A stretch of DNA of 61,749 bases, filler included, from Sphacelaria rigidula (Eukaryota), in assembly GCA_964200075.2 (NCBI GenBank). It is 11 parts of 11 records of this genome, joined end to end, with 100 filler letters (N's around TTAATTAATTAA, not from the genome) between each part and the next. Parts side by side here need not be neighbours in the genome. Positions count along the whole stretch, not along the records: positions 44,985 to 50,506 come from CAXNAA020026655.1; positions 50,607 to 56,128 come from CAXNAA020026656.1; positions 56,229 to 61,749 come from CAXNAA020026657.1; 8 more parts are not named here. One strand, 5' to 3'. The translations under genes were made by a program, and so were the position numbers. Shown here one piece after another: positions 49,083 through 61,711 of this stretch. The notes beneath the pieces were generated by a model. It ran no database searches, was not told the origin of the DNA, and saw only the letters and a list, made by a program, of their open reading frames with translations. Each line of letters starts with the position of its first letter. The stretch's first letter is position 1.

Positions 49083-49337
49083 GGGGAGGGGGGGGGAGGG
49101 GCTATCGAGGCATCTGCCGTCGGTTTGCCGAACTACCCTAACTTGTTGCGGTATGCCGAACTATCCATGAGGATTTCGCACGCTGGAGAATATATGGTCA
49201 ATGGACGCAATAGACGGAAAATGTACTGGGTGAAGTATAGGCCTATTGCAGCTCTTGTCGATCGGCGGTAGTTGCAATAGGCCTGTACGTTGTCCAGCAC
49301 ATATTTTGTCTATTGCATCTACTGACTATATTTCGTC

Positions 49338-49607
49338 CCTGGAGTGATGCTACGGTAGAGGTGCACAAATATTTTCTTGGGTTAAAATTGTTAGGAGCCC
49401 TTGATTTCATGCAAAACACCACTTCTGAAAATATGTAAAAGTGCGCTTGGATTACTACTACAATGTGCTAGGGATATCCCGAATGAATTTGCAAACGGGG
49501 ATGTCCTGACCCATATTCTTGTACATCTAGAATCCTTAGGAGCCCCTGAACCAGACAATATTTCGCGAAAAAAGCGTACCCCTACCGTAGCATTGCTTCC
49601 AGGGTGT
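49338..49607. mobile_element. MITE with CCCTGGAGTGATGCTACGGTAG / CTACCGTAGCATTGCTTCCAGGG TIRs
   Basis: Terminal inverted repeats. A second copy in the opposite orientation lies at ~45060-45272. Confidence 0.75.
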
Positions 49608-49664
49608 GAATGGTTTCCCTCTTCAGCCTTCTTTTGGTCTCCTGCACCTCACGTACAAAAATTC

Positions 49665-50005
49665 TCCAAGGTAGTGACCTTATTGCGGTTGGGTCGTGGG
49701 TTCAAATATCGGAGCGATCCGGGATTGTTTCTCACACCATCCCCGATAATGGAGAGCGATTCTGTCGTGGGTACACATAATCCAACTTAACGGTCAACGA
49801 GGGAGAGGAAGTGCTGAACCCCTCTCGCGATAAAAAATATAGGCAAGCACCGCAGAGGGAAGGTGGAGTACTAAAAACAAACAAAAATTGAAAAAAACTC
49901 CGGTGTTGACCTTCGTCCTGTGTGACCCCGGCTGGAGCGCCCACATATACCCAAAGGTGTAAACCGGCGTCCAGAACAGATGGGACGACAACACGCACAG
50001 AGTGT
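49665..50005 (+). mobile_element. tRNA-derived SINE (family 1), head partly decayed
   Basis: GGGTCGTGGGTTCAAATATCGGAGCGATCCGGGATT plus a body matching 20177-20620. Confidence 0.72.
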
Positions 50006-51537
50006 TCTGTACGCTATTCCGGGGGACATTTGAGTACTTACAGAATTGCACTCCCTGAACAATATATAGTCAATAGATGCAATCGGCAAGCTATGTACTT
50101 TACCCAGTACACTTGTTGTCTGTCGCATCCATTGACCATATATTGTCCAGGGTGTGCACTTCTGTAAAGGAGATATTTTATCGGCTAATGATGCCCTTGC
50201 AGACCATACCGGTATGTTTGGTACACATTTCGCTATGGTTTAGCGTGTGAATAAAAAATATCTCTTCTGGGTACACCCTATCTAAACACAAGCTTGGATA
50301 TTTTTGAGGATAATGTGCCGATTTTTTGCTTGGGTCTCGTTCCCCTCCCTGAGATATGCACACACTTGGATGTGTCTTTTTTTGTCTCAAGTATGGAAGC
50401 ATCCTCCCCCACCCCCCCCATCCCCCTCCCCCGTGGTTCGCTCCGTCTCGAAAGGGATGCGTGGTCAATGGTCAAACGACTAAGGCAAGCGACAAATGAG
50501 TACGCCNNNNNNNNNNNNNNNNNNNNNNNNNNNNNNNNNNNNNNNNNNNNTTAATTAATTAANNNNNNNNNNNNNNNNNNNNNNNNNNNNNNNNNNNNNN
50601 NNNNNNGGTCGCCCAGAATAAGGTTTTCGGGAAATTGGGGGGGTGAACACCGTTTTCCAGTCTGTAGGGCCCCTTGACTCTGTTGAAGAGCATTGCGGCC
50701 AGGGTAAGTAACCTTTACCGTCGTCTGTCGTGGAAATTTTTTGTGCCGTCATCTGCGGTCCAATTATTGTCCCTGGGGTACATGACCAATTCCATTCATA
50801 TCATGAGCGCTAAATGTACGCTACCACCGAGTCTTGAAAAAACTTCTCGCCGGTGTGCGTTTGACAGAGCCAACCTCCTCATGTCGAATGAAGCCGGTAT
50901 ATTACATCAACGCTACGCTGGGGGGTCCAGCATAGCGCGGTAGATCGCAAGCCCGGGATGACCGCACTATGATGGAACGCCCGCGCTACCCGTGCAGTGC
51001 AATTACTTGATATTAGAATGGCGAATCGTGCTTGTGTGTATTTTGACTGCACTATAGTAGGGCTCCCACTGTGCTTGGGAACACAAATGGAGTCTCTCCA
51101 AACCAAGAAAACATCATTTTGCGCTCAGGGGCACGAGTGGGACGTCAACAGTAGTGCCTTGGTCGTTAAAACTTTCCCGGAATTTGATTACTTGATTTGA
51201 GTGACACCTTGATGTCAATTTAGCGGGGTTTCCTCCCAGGAGGGTCGCGGCACGGACAATTTCGGTAGGGGGATATGACCTACATGGAAACAAAGATGGG
51301 AAGTGAAATGGCCGTGAAATGGCCGGGCCAGGCATGTGTGTCTTGGTGTGACAAGACTAGCCCTGAGAGGGTGAAGACCAGTATCGGTGATCGCGCCATC
51401 AGCTCTTGTAGCCATGTATACACGACTTCTTGGTATGCCGTAGCGATCGGACGCACTCCTGGGATCGCCCTCGCATCGTGTGGGCACTAACTCGAAGACA
51501 ACGGGGGATACTTATCGGAATGGCATCAGCTGCGTGA

Positions 51538-52342
51538 GACCCACTTTTGTGGCAGGGACGAATTCCGATTTTTTTTTAGCATCAGGGGGGAAAAAACGGG
51601 GAAGGCATCTTATGGACACCGATTTGGACCAAATCGGGGGCGAAAAAATCGAGGAGTCACGATATCGGAACGGTTTCCCCCGATTTTTTTGAGGTGACGT
51701 ACGTGCCTTGATGTGCAATACCAGAGTACGAGTCATTTGATATTTTTGCAACGGCAGCAGAAGACAGTATCGTGACAGCACAGGGCGTGCCTACTGCCCG
51801 CCCCAGCTGCTGAAGCAACTTCGCACGGGGTTTGACAAGCGGATAACAAGTGCTGACGCCGTACCCTGCGGCGATGGTAATGTTTCATGCTGCGCTACGC
51901 TGCCATATGTATGACTATAACGAACGCTACTGTACTCTCCTAGCTCTTGTCGCTGTACTCGAAGGGTGATGTGCAGCACTGCACTACTGAACTCTGTTCT
52001 CGCAACACCGGCTGTGCCATCATGTGCAACCACACAACATTATCATGGACTGTAATGATGTAATGTCCTGCACCGTATTACCCTAGGGTACCAGGGTACG
52101 ACACTTTACTCGAAGGATTGTTCACCGCCTCCCTGCTCTTCAGCTTCATGCACGAGTACGCAGTACCACACTCGTGCAAATGATGACCGTCTGTGTATAG
52201 AACCGTTTCACAAATATGGGATACTGTACTGTCTGTACCACAAACGGTCACCCCGATTTTGAGTCCACGAATTTGAGTCCCCCCGATTTTTTCAAGATCG
52301 GGGTCCCAAAAAAATCGAGATTCGTTACCATAAAAGTGGGTC
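51538..52342. mobile_element. Non-autonomous TIR element with TGA target duplication (PIF/Harbinger-like)
   Basis: TGA|GACCCACTTTTGTGG...CCATAAAAGTGGGTC|TGA, with subterminal CCGATTTTT/AAAATCGG repeats. Confidence 0.65.
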
Positions 52343-53577
52343 TGATGGTGGATGACGGGTCGCTACAGCTAGTCTTGTCTACCGTTCTAGAGCCCGCGGT
52401 CTACTGCGAATCCTGACAGTTCCGTGGGGGATGGCGATTTTGTAGACAAGGAAAAATACGTGTAAATATGTCCGGGCGCTGAAACGATTTCGCGTACTCT
52501 ATTTACCGATCGAAAGCATCGCTGCAGGTTAACATGGTTGAGCAGTTGAGGTGCGATTTTCTTGCAGGCTGAGCCTGTGTCACGCAACACTTGAAGCGAG
52601 CGAGCAGGATAGCTTCGTCTGTTACGCCTTCGTATCGTGCTTGCGTTGCTGGTGATACATACAACAGCGGAGGTGCACGCGCGATTGCAGAGCAGCTACA
52701 ATTATCATCAAGAGAGGGCACGGGCTATGTACGTTGGTATTAATGGCCTAGAAAACCCGCAACGCCCCTCATTTGCATGAAGCGTTGCGTTCTCCCTTCT
52801 GCCCAAATAACGATTCCGAATTCCGCGTGGAGGAATCGAATTAGAACGGCCTGCAATTATGTCGAGCTCAGACAGGAGGTCATCATAGGAAGAGGGTTGG
52901 GCACTGTTAGCTTCAACAGCTCGCTTCACGGGCGATGCCGCAGATGGGAAAAAGCTACATGACGCATGCGATTCGTTACAGCACATGTCGCAAGCGGTTC
53001 TTGCCGAAAAGCGAGTGAGCAGGATAGCTCATGAGCGCTGAAAGGGTCAAATGTTCCGGGCGCCCATAGTCAACTAACGTCCATCTACACGCCCACGCCT
53101 GCCGATATCGTTCCAAATCCGGGAGCTGCCGAGATGCCTTCTTCGCAACTATTATGGCACTTCTAGAGTATAGTACCGTACGGTGTTGTTCACATGTTTT
53201 CAATAAACAACGCCGTGTGAATGCTGCTACACACCTACTGAGTCTTGTGGTGGACCGCTTTTTTTTTTGTTGACGATGTATTTTTTTTATCGTGCAGGTT
53301 TGACCCTATTTGTAGCCTGCTGCTCAAAGCGACGTAGAGGAAACTCTAGCTGAATGTGTGCAGTTTCCACAATTTTTTCAAGGGTGGCTCACGTAGTAGG
53401 GTACCATGCTATCGGGGTTCCTCAGGATAGTTGAGTACCTGGTACTAGAGGGTATTTGCCTTGGGTACATTGACGGGAAGATGGACTGTGAATTGTACAG
53501 AGTATCTGGAACACTGGAGCACTCGGCCTTTTCATACTGCCATGTTTGTATTGCTGGTTTGCTCTTTGGTCGTGCAG

Positions 53578-55578
53578 GCGTGACCGAGTGTCTGCTCGGA
53601 ATGACACGGAGAAACGCGTGTACGAAGCGCTGTCCAACAAGAACTGGGGAGCGTCGAGCACCATGCTCAACGACATCGCTCGAGACACCTACGACTAGTG
53701 AGTACAGAATACTTTTGAGCTGTTGATGGATTCTGTGGTGTATCGTGCTGTACTCTACTTTACGCTACGCCACTCTCCTCTCCATTACTCTGCCGTACCG
53801 TACCGTTGTACGCGTCGTTTTATTGTGTAAAACTGTCAGTTGGCCGATATTAATCACCCAGCGTCGTTGGAGTAGTGATGACTTCCAGTGTCAAGCTAAA
53901 ATAGTCGTATATCACGAACACATCGACAGGCTTTCTTATTGCCAGAGCAGTTTTCGTGTGTTGCAATGCGTCCTTCCTCGTGCTTCATGATAAATTTCGC
54001 ATGCAAGTACGTTTATCCATCTACTGCGGGTCTGAGGGGAATGAGCTAGTGTGGCGAATATAAAATTCAAATGGTCCATACATGCAGAGCATCGGGCCAT
54101 GTCGCGTTGGGATGTCGCCTAAATGCGATGCCACGTAATTTTTCATATGCGACCCCATGTGAGCCCCCCTTCCGCCATAGAAGAAGGGATAAGTACGACA
54201 CGAAAGTGATCAAATTAACCAGTGTCGTGAATCTAAGTGGCGGTCTCGTCGGGAAGGGGTTGATGAGGTCATGGTGAAATTAGTTTTGGCGACAAGCGAA
54301 CATCTAGGTGTAACATATCGCAGCACAAGATTTGACTGTTTTCTTCTAGTGCGAAGAAAGAGGTCACTCACTGAAGCTAGAGAAAAACCTTGAATATCAA
54401 CCGATACATACTCTGTCGTAGCAGGATACAAATGTAGACACTGTAACGGCGACGTCCTTCTCCCTCCACTGTGTAGGTTGCATATATGCAGCAGATGATC
54501 GAGCGCCAGCCCCCCTTCCCCCTCCCTTAGTCAAACTACGGTGGGGATCCTAGCATGGCGTGGTGGGTCGCTGGCCCGGGATGGCCGCGATATGCTGGGA
54601 CCCTGCACCATACTGGCATGTAGTGCACTTATTTGATATAACTATCGCTTCGATTGGACTTGTAGCACCTGTGGGGGGACTGTTCTGTCTTATTGTTGAC
54701 AGTAACCCCAAAATGACGGACATTCAGACTCGTAACCACGTACCGCAACGCAGCTTCATCTCGGCGGACAAAATTTGCCCTTTTTGCATGCGTAGGCGAC
54801 ATACCTTACTTGCTTCTGTGCTTGTATGGTGTAACTCACTTGCCATGTCGTGTCACGGGCTTTTATGTTCACTGCATGTGGCATGTCATTCCCAGTCTAT
54901 CCCGAGTATCCCATCCAGCGGCTGCGGTGTGGAAGTTGGTATGCGCGACGGTTATGTTTGAGCCTTATTCGATAGGGCGTGATAGAACATTGGTTGTCCG
55001 GAACATACCCCCTCCCCCCCCCTCCACTTACCTCATTTTTTTACTGTCAGTTGGTACCACCGCCTGACAGGATGAAGGACTAGAAAGGGTCAAGGTGTTT
55101 AAGGAATTCCACGGGAGGGGTGAACTTTTCAGTCCAACAGTTTTCTAAGGCTGCACGCTAAGGTCCAGATGTTTGTCGACGAGAGACTCCTGCAGCAAAG
55201 AACCTCAGGAAATAATGAAAAAACTGCACCACTACCGTGGCATTGCTCTTCTGCAAGAGAAGGAAAAGTGAATATGGCCATGATTCAGGATCGACATCGC
55301 TGTCCCGTTGGGGGAGAAGTCGACCAAAAGGTCACGGTATGGCATGTGTGATGAAGTCCGGCGTTCGTACATGTGAGCCGTCTCTCGCGCCTCTCGACTG
55401 TCGTTATCGCTCTATCGCGCTGTCGCTCATGAGTTGATTTTGTTCTCATCGTGCTCGTTGTTCACGATGCTGTTGTTGCTGCCGCTGTTGTTGCTGCAGC
55501 GAGAAGTACGGGCAGATCATGCCCCTCATCTGGACCACAATGGAAAGCCCCAGCCGCGAGTGGAGGAAGGTCTTCAAG
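53578..55578 (+). CDS. ENTH-domain (epsin-like) protein, partial: exons 53578-53697 and 55500-55578
   Basis: A phase-2 splice gives RDRVSARNDTEKRVYEALSNKNWGASSTMLNDIARDTYDYEKYGQIMPLIWTTMESPSREWRKVFK, matching ENTH helices 1-4. A possible first exon starts at ATG 53406. Confidence 0.9.
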
Positions 55579-55699
55579 GTAACACCCTCTATTTTGTGAC
55601 TTAACTTAACTGACTGCACGTGTGCACTGTGTGGGTACTTTTGTTAGACTCACGTGTGCGTGACAACCCTACCCAGGTTGGAAGAAGGCGTTTTGTTGG

Positions 55700-55860
55700 G
55701 GTTTCGTCTACAACGTTGGTCTGTCGTACTTACGTTGTCTTTTTCTTCTTTTTCATTCAGCAAGTGCTCCAGTTTTGTCTTGTTTTGCGTGGCTTTATCA
55801 TGTGACCACCACGGCTGGATCCCTGGGCAGTCAGTTAAAGGCGATCATCAATCAATCGAT
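55700..55860 (+). mobile_element. Non-LTR 3'-end copy of the (AATC)n-tail family
   Basis: ATCATGTGACCACCACGGCTGGATCCCTGGGCAGTCAGTTAAAGGCGATCATCAATCAATC. Confidence 0.75.
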
Positions 55861-56228
55861 TGACGACTGGAACGAACTTCGCACAACTAAATGTTTTTTC
55901 CCTGCACCTTCGTTCACACTACCTCATGTGTTTCGGCCACCACTGGCTGGAGCGAAGTTTTTTTTCCTCCCCCCAGGTATTTACTAGCTCCGTCTCGAAA
56001 GGGATGCGTGGTCAATGGTCAAAAGACTAAGGCAAGCAACAAATGAGTACACGTCCGCGCGGCACCCCTCCCCGCCCTCTCCCCCCCGCTGAAAAGCTCG
56101 GCTACACCGTCAAGGCCGGTTCCGAGTTNNNNNNNNNNNNNNNNNNNNNNNNNNNNNNNNNNNNNNNNNNNNTTAATTAATTAANNNNNNNNNNNNNNNN
56201 NNNNNNNNNNNNNNNNNNNNNNNNNNNN

Positions 56229-56243
56229 AACAGCAGCAGCAGG

Positions 56244-56296
<53 letters not shown>

Positions 56297-56330
56297 AAAA
56301 AAAAAAAAAACAGCAACAACAACAAACAAC

Positions 56331-56397
<67 letters not shown>

Positions 56398-56403
56398 AAC
56401 AAC
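56229..56403. repeat. (CAA)n microsatellite at the contig start
   Basis: Long CAA runs. Confidence 0.95.
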
Positions 56404-56545
56404 ACGGCACTGTATTACCAATGAGGGATCCATCCAGTGTGTTATCAGCATGGTGCTTCTTTTCCCGCAGATCTGAGAAACTAAGCCATGCATTTACTGA
56501 ACGAGATAGTATATATATATATATACATATGTATATGCTTTAAAG

Positions 56546-56619
56546 ATAATTTGAGATTGGTTGATTGTCGCACTTTAACTGACCCCCCAGGGGTCCAGCC
56601 GTGGTCTCATGATAGAACC
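56546..56619 (-). mobile_element. Very short non-LTR 3'-end copy flanked by a ~60-bp direct duplication
   Basis: Family core on the minus strand. GAGAAACTAAGCCATGCATTTACTGAACGAGA...ATATGTATATGCTTT at 56475-56541 and 56620-56678. Confidence 0.7.
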
Positions 56620-57993
56620 GAGAAACTAAGCCATGCATTTACTGAACGAGAGAATATGTATACATATGTATATGCTTTGAAAAGAAAATATACGATAAAA
56701 CGCTGATGCCTGGCTCATGTGATATCGGAAGTTAACTGTCCGAGTACAAAATAGTATCATCCTATCGGCCATGGATTCACGTCTTGAACATTTACCTGCG
56801 TAGTCCTTTCTGCCAGTAGTTTGTGTGTGGGGGGATGGGGGGGAAGCGTACTCATTCGTTGCTTGCTTCAATGGTTTGACCATTGACCACGTACCCCTTG
56901 CGAGACGGGGGAACGAACGGGGGGACGGGGGAGGGGGAGGGGTACTCATTCATTGCCTGCCTCAGTCGTTTGATAATTGACCACGTACACCTTTCGAGAC
57001 GGAGCACCTTAACGTTTCTTCCATACATGACACAAAAATCTTCCACATATCTCATCCGCCTTCATGTTTCCCCGTCTGTGGCCACCATGTACCTCCTATT
57101 ATAGCGATTGCTTTTTCGCTACTGTCCAATGTACCCAACGATTTCATGCCACCTTCGTATACTTCCCTCGTATCCCCCTATAACGCGTTTCGTTCTTCCT
57201 CGTATGGTTCACATGCAGGAGGGAGAGGGGGACGGGAGGCGGGGGGCGGGAGTTGTATATAGCACCACGCATATGGTTTGTCAATAGTCATAGAACAAAC
57301 CTGATGTGATTTGTCATCATCCAGCGAAGAAATAGTCCATACCACAGAGATGTTCGCCGAGCGCCCCCCGAATCTGAGCACTAGGTAATTTCATCGATAG
57401 GATGCTGTAGTAGGCAACAATGCACACACCCTGCTTATTGCTCGATGGCGGCCATCCCAAAAAGTTGGTAGTCCAAGTACATTATATTCTGCGGGGAAGA
57501 CTACGATATTTTCGTAGAGTAGTACAGTAAGAGTCTATCTGGACAGAGTACGGAAAAAACAAGAAACCGTTCTGAGACGAAACTGTCTAGTAGTTCAAGG
57601 GGCGGACGAATAATTATTCGTCTAAAAACTACTTGTTTTTAGTGTAGTTGATCCGTACCGCCCGAATCAATCCTGGACTTTGTTTTCAGCCGTTGCACCC
57701 CAGGTACAATACGCGCACCCCAGGTACCCAGAACAGCGCGAAATGTGCGCAGAGACCTTTGGCCCCGCGGCCAACTTCTTTTTCTCTCTTTCGAGCAATC
57801 AGGCCTCAGATATCGCAGATATGGTGACTCGAATCAGTGGTGATTCGCTCGACTCTCGTAATATAATATCCATTGCTCAGGATGAACTGTATTCGATAAG
57901 AAACAACCACAAAAATATACTGGCGACTCACATTGTTTTTTCCGAGAACAGCAGAAAACAAAACAATAAATATTTTTGCATCCATAGCCTCAC

Positions 57994-58203
57994 CTCGACG
58001 TGCACGTAGCCAACAAGCGCTCCGTCTCTCGTGGAGATCAAGGGTTCGCGTTGGAGAACGATTCGTGGTTTGGAAGACAGGAGGCCTGACAGCGGGATCC
58101 GACGTCGACCAATCAGCTCGAAGTCTGCGGCGCGCGCCTGGTTGAGCTCCAGTACTAGCCCCTCGGTGCCCAAGTACCGCAGGAAAAAGTCATCTATAGT
58201 TAC
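57994..58203 (-). CDS. RPGRIP1L: Exon of an RPGRIP1L/fantom-like ciliary transition-zone protein (first C2 domain)
   Basis: CAG|GTA...GAG|GTGAG, 70 codons: VTIDDFFLRYLGTEGLVLELNQARAADFELIGRRRIPLSGLL, matching the VDDFFLxYL...LELxQA pattern. Confidence 0.72.
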
Positions 58204-58219
58204 CTGCGTGTGCATGCAC

Positions 58220-58326
58220 ATATATTGATACATTGACATATTGACACATTGATATGTTGATATGTTGACATGTTGACACGTTGACATATTGGTATATTGA
58301 GATATTGAGATATTGAGATATTGATG
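58220..58326. repeat. 8-bp minisatellite (ATATTGAC/ATATTGAG)
   Basis: Tandem degenerate units. Confidence 0.85.
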
Positions 58327-58381
58327 AGTGTATATGTATCAAAATACATGGCGAAACATATCACAAAAAATGAAAACCTGA

Positions 58382-58895
58382 GACCGCTTCTTATGGCAGA
58401 CAAGAATAAAAAATCTGGAAAAGTGCAAGTGCCGCTTTGGAGCTTCTGCGTCGTTTTACGCCCTAGTAAAGAGCTAAACGGATTTTGACACCTTGGAACG
58501 CCTCGCTGTACTCGTTGAGACGGCTCCAGCACACCTGTGTATTTTCCCGGCGGCCAAAGGTTTTTTCTTGCCCAAACTTGCATTTTTATCGGCGACCGTT
58601 AGTTTTTTTGGAGACCGGTCAAGTCCAGACAACTTTCCGAAATTTGTCTCGACTTGACCGGTTCACGAGAAAAATGAACGGTCCCCGAGAAAAATGTAAC
58701 TCTGGGCAAGAAAAAAACTGCGGCCACCGTGAAAACGAATGGGTGTGCTGGAGCCGTCTCGACGAGTACGGCAGGGCTTTTCAAGGTGTCCGAATACGCC
58801 TTTAACAGCTCTCTTTCAGGTGGTAACAAGACGCAGAAGCTCCAAAAAGGACCTTTTTACCAGATTTTTATTCCTGTTTGCCATAAGAAGTGGCC
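58382..58895. mobile_element. PIF/Harbinger-like, almost fully palindromic MITE with TGA target duplication
   Basis: TGA|GACCGCTTCTTATGGCAGACAAGAATAAAAAATCTGG...CCAGATTTTTATTCCTGTTTGCCATAAGAAGTGGCC|TGA. Arms pair nearly to the centre (~58635). Confidence 0.82.
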
Positions 58896-60559
58896 TGATC
58901 TGTCAAAAATTACCTGCAAATACAGTAAAACTTCCAAAGTCTACATGTATCAGCGATGGGAAATATTATTTTCAAAATTGAAGAAACAACAAAGTTTCGC
59001 ATACTACGACAGAGAGATGTGAAATTGTTCTGGTTCAAATGTTTTTTTTTTTCCTCCATGGTTACATTTGAAACAACTGGCATGTATAATATGGAGACTC
59101 GTGTAGCGCTCCCGTTGTCTGCTGCATCGTGCGTATGTACCATTTCACCTGCGCAAATCTGAACTACACGTACAGCAGTGTTTGTTCTAGTGTGTTGATG
59201 TCGCTCTTGACTAAAGGCACAGAAACTGGAGCGGGTGAGTAAACACTGTAGTGAAAGCAAAATACAGCACCATGCTTTTGGATGAAATATTAACTAGTTG
59301 GCGTATACTTCCTAGAGGCACACCACAAAACGTTCAGCGTCTGCAAGTCGTGCGCCATGCATTGCAAGCTAGCTTCTGAAGCTTGTGATGTTGGTCATTA
59401 ACATACGTCTTTTAAATTTTGTCGTCTGCCGAATTTCGTCGTAATCTTGGCCCGTGGTCGGCTGTGCCGCACGGAACTATTCGAGCGGCGAGTGGTGCTT
59501 GCATTTTTTTACGTACCGGAGACACACCCTGTAGACATTGTGTATGTGATTATTGTAGGGTTTATACACCACGGAAGCCAGCACTTCTGTAACATTTCCA
59601 GGATGAAATAACTGAACGCACCCGCTAACAGTATCTATTGATCATCCAAACCTTAGTCCCTACAATGCCAATTCCTCGTTGCTATGTACCATACATATAT
59701 TGCTAGACTGCGGACCCTCCTGTCCTATAGCGACAATTGAACCAAAAAATGATAATGTGTGGTTTGGATACGGCATTTACGGTATTTTATATTCAGCTGA
59801 AAACTTCCCTCTCTTGAGGTGACGATATTTTGGATTGAGCACGTGAACATTTTGCCGGTTAACGGTACAGTCCTCGGCGCCCCAACCGAACGGTGTTTGC
59901 GATGTTCTCTTTGAAAATAACAAGATGAGTTTTGGTGTCTTCACAGCTCAAAGTGAGCAGCACAGCATACGGGCGCGCGGCAAGACTAGCTCTGATACAG
60001 TAACGGCCGTTATGCCCAACCGGGCCTGACGATGGATCCCAGTTTGGTGTAACGGCCGCCATCACAAACCGGGATTGTGAACGAAACCCCGATAGAACTT
60101 TAAGCAGAGGGGAAACATCCCTCACAGGGATGGAAGTATTGACAAGGCTGAACCTAACGGTAGAAAACTGTCATGTATCACAAAAACCCGCCGAGTGATG
60201 GCGATCATCATCAAAACCGGGCTAGAGTGTCTTACGCAGCGTTGACAGTGAGAGGCCGGCAAGAGAAAAACACTGCATTGTCTCATCCATTGCTACTCCG
60301 TATCCGCGCCGCCTCGGAAACCCTACAGAGGCTGTGTGACATGTTATGTAGCATATGTACATGGACATTATTAGTCCAAGAAGGAAGTAAGTGGCAGGGG
60401 CGTCATCATAAAAAATTATCAAATAAACGAAAAATAAATCGATGAATGATTTCACCGTCGAACGGTTTTTAGTATTGGTGAATTCCGCACGTCCAACTAC
60501 TGTGACTATGAGTCGTGGGTTCCCAGTCGTTGAATTAGTCGCCGGTGTCGTCTTTCGCG

Positions 60560-60653
60560 TTCAGTCGTAGGTCTCGACTCTAGTCGTCGCCATTTTCCCA
60601 ATTTTCGTCACGGTCTCGGTCTCGGTCGACTCTTAGACTGATATCGCAAGGGC

Positions 60654-60686
<33 letters not shown>

Positions 60687-61620
60687 ACTCCCCGGCTGCG
60701 CGGGCCGGCACCAGCCCCCACCGCANNNNNNNNNNTTCCACCCGCGCGCCTGCTTCGAGCTCCATTTTTGATCGCACCACGGGACCCCCCCCCCCCCCCC
60801 CCCCCCCCCCCCGGGTAAATGGCTGGTTTGAGGAGGCAAAATCTACACGTAAATCAAGATGATGCCAAAAAGCCAAGCACACCGAGCAGCTGGGAACTCC
60901 CACGCTTGGGATCGTTTTCGCCAATGTCGCCCATATGAGGCGCTGCATGCCGCCTGACACCAGCTACCATGCTCTGTATGACTATTTTCTTCGTGACAGC
61001 TTTGGGGCTGGTTTGGGACGAGGCTCTCGCGGCATCATTCCGTAGTCATCGCCATTTTCCGAATTTAGCCATGGGGTTCGACTCTTGGCCGTCGTCATTT
61101 TTCAAGTTTAGCCGCTGGAATCGACCCTTAGTCGTCGCCATTTTTCGAATGTAGCACTAGCAGTCGACTCATAGTCGTCACCATTTCCCAGATTTAGTGC
61201 TCGGAGTCTTATCTCAGTCGTCGCTACTTCCGGATTTAGTGGTAGGAAGTTACTCTTCGGTGCTCGCTAGTTTGCAAATTTAGCACACGCTTGATGATGG
61301 CATTAGATTACTCTGTCTAAAAGTATACTGCGTACAGTATGGAGTCTATTGTCTATTGCAATAGACGAAGTGGTCGATACTGCAAGCCGCGCACTTCTTG
61401 ACAGTGTGCTCTATTTTCTAGGGTGTGAAAATAAGTCGGGGGAGTTGAGTCATGGTCGTCGTCTTTTCCGAATTTAGCCGTAGGAGCCGACTCATAGTCG
61501 TCGTCATCTTCCATACTTAGCCGTAGAAGTCGACTAATATTCGTCGTTATTTTCCGAATTTAGCCGTAGAAGTCGACTCTCAGTCGTCGCCATTTTTCGA
61601 ATTTAGCCTTGGGAGTCGTG
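60560..61620. repeat. Interrupted ~43-bp minisatellite, consensus AGTCGTCGCCATTTTCCGAATTTAGCCGTAGGAGTCGACTCAT
   Basis: About 10 degenerate units at ~60560-60610, 61043-61255 and 61440-61618, split by module B and a CAC-ended MITE. Confidence 0.88.
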
Positions 61621-61711
61621 AATCACGACTAAAGAGACGTTGGACGTGTGGTGAATACTAGCATTGAAGAAGACGAACTCTGGCCTGTGACGGTTTAAGA
61701 GACAACCAACT

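Noticed and set aside
52708..52986. Histidine phosphatase N-terminus (GIRNRYLG)
   Set aside because: No RHG motif or compatible downstream exon found.
56173..56493. Poly-Val, poly-Cys and poly-Leu ORFs
   Set aside because: Translations of a (CAA)n microsatellite running into an N gap.
61043..61620. CRISPR-like array
   Set aside because: Units are contiguous and degenerate with no unique spacers, there are no cas genes, and the context is eukaryotic.
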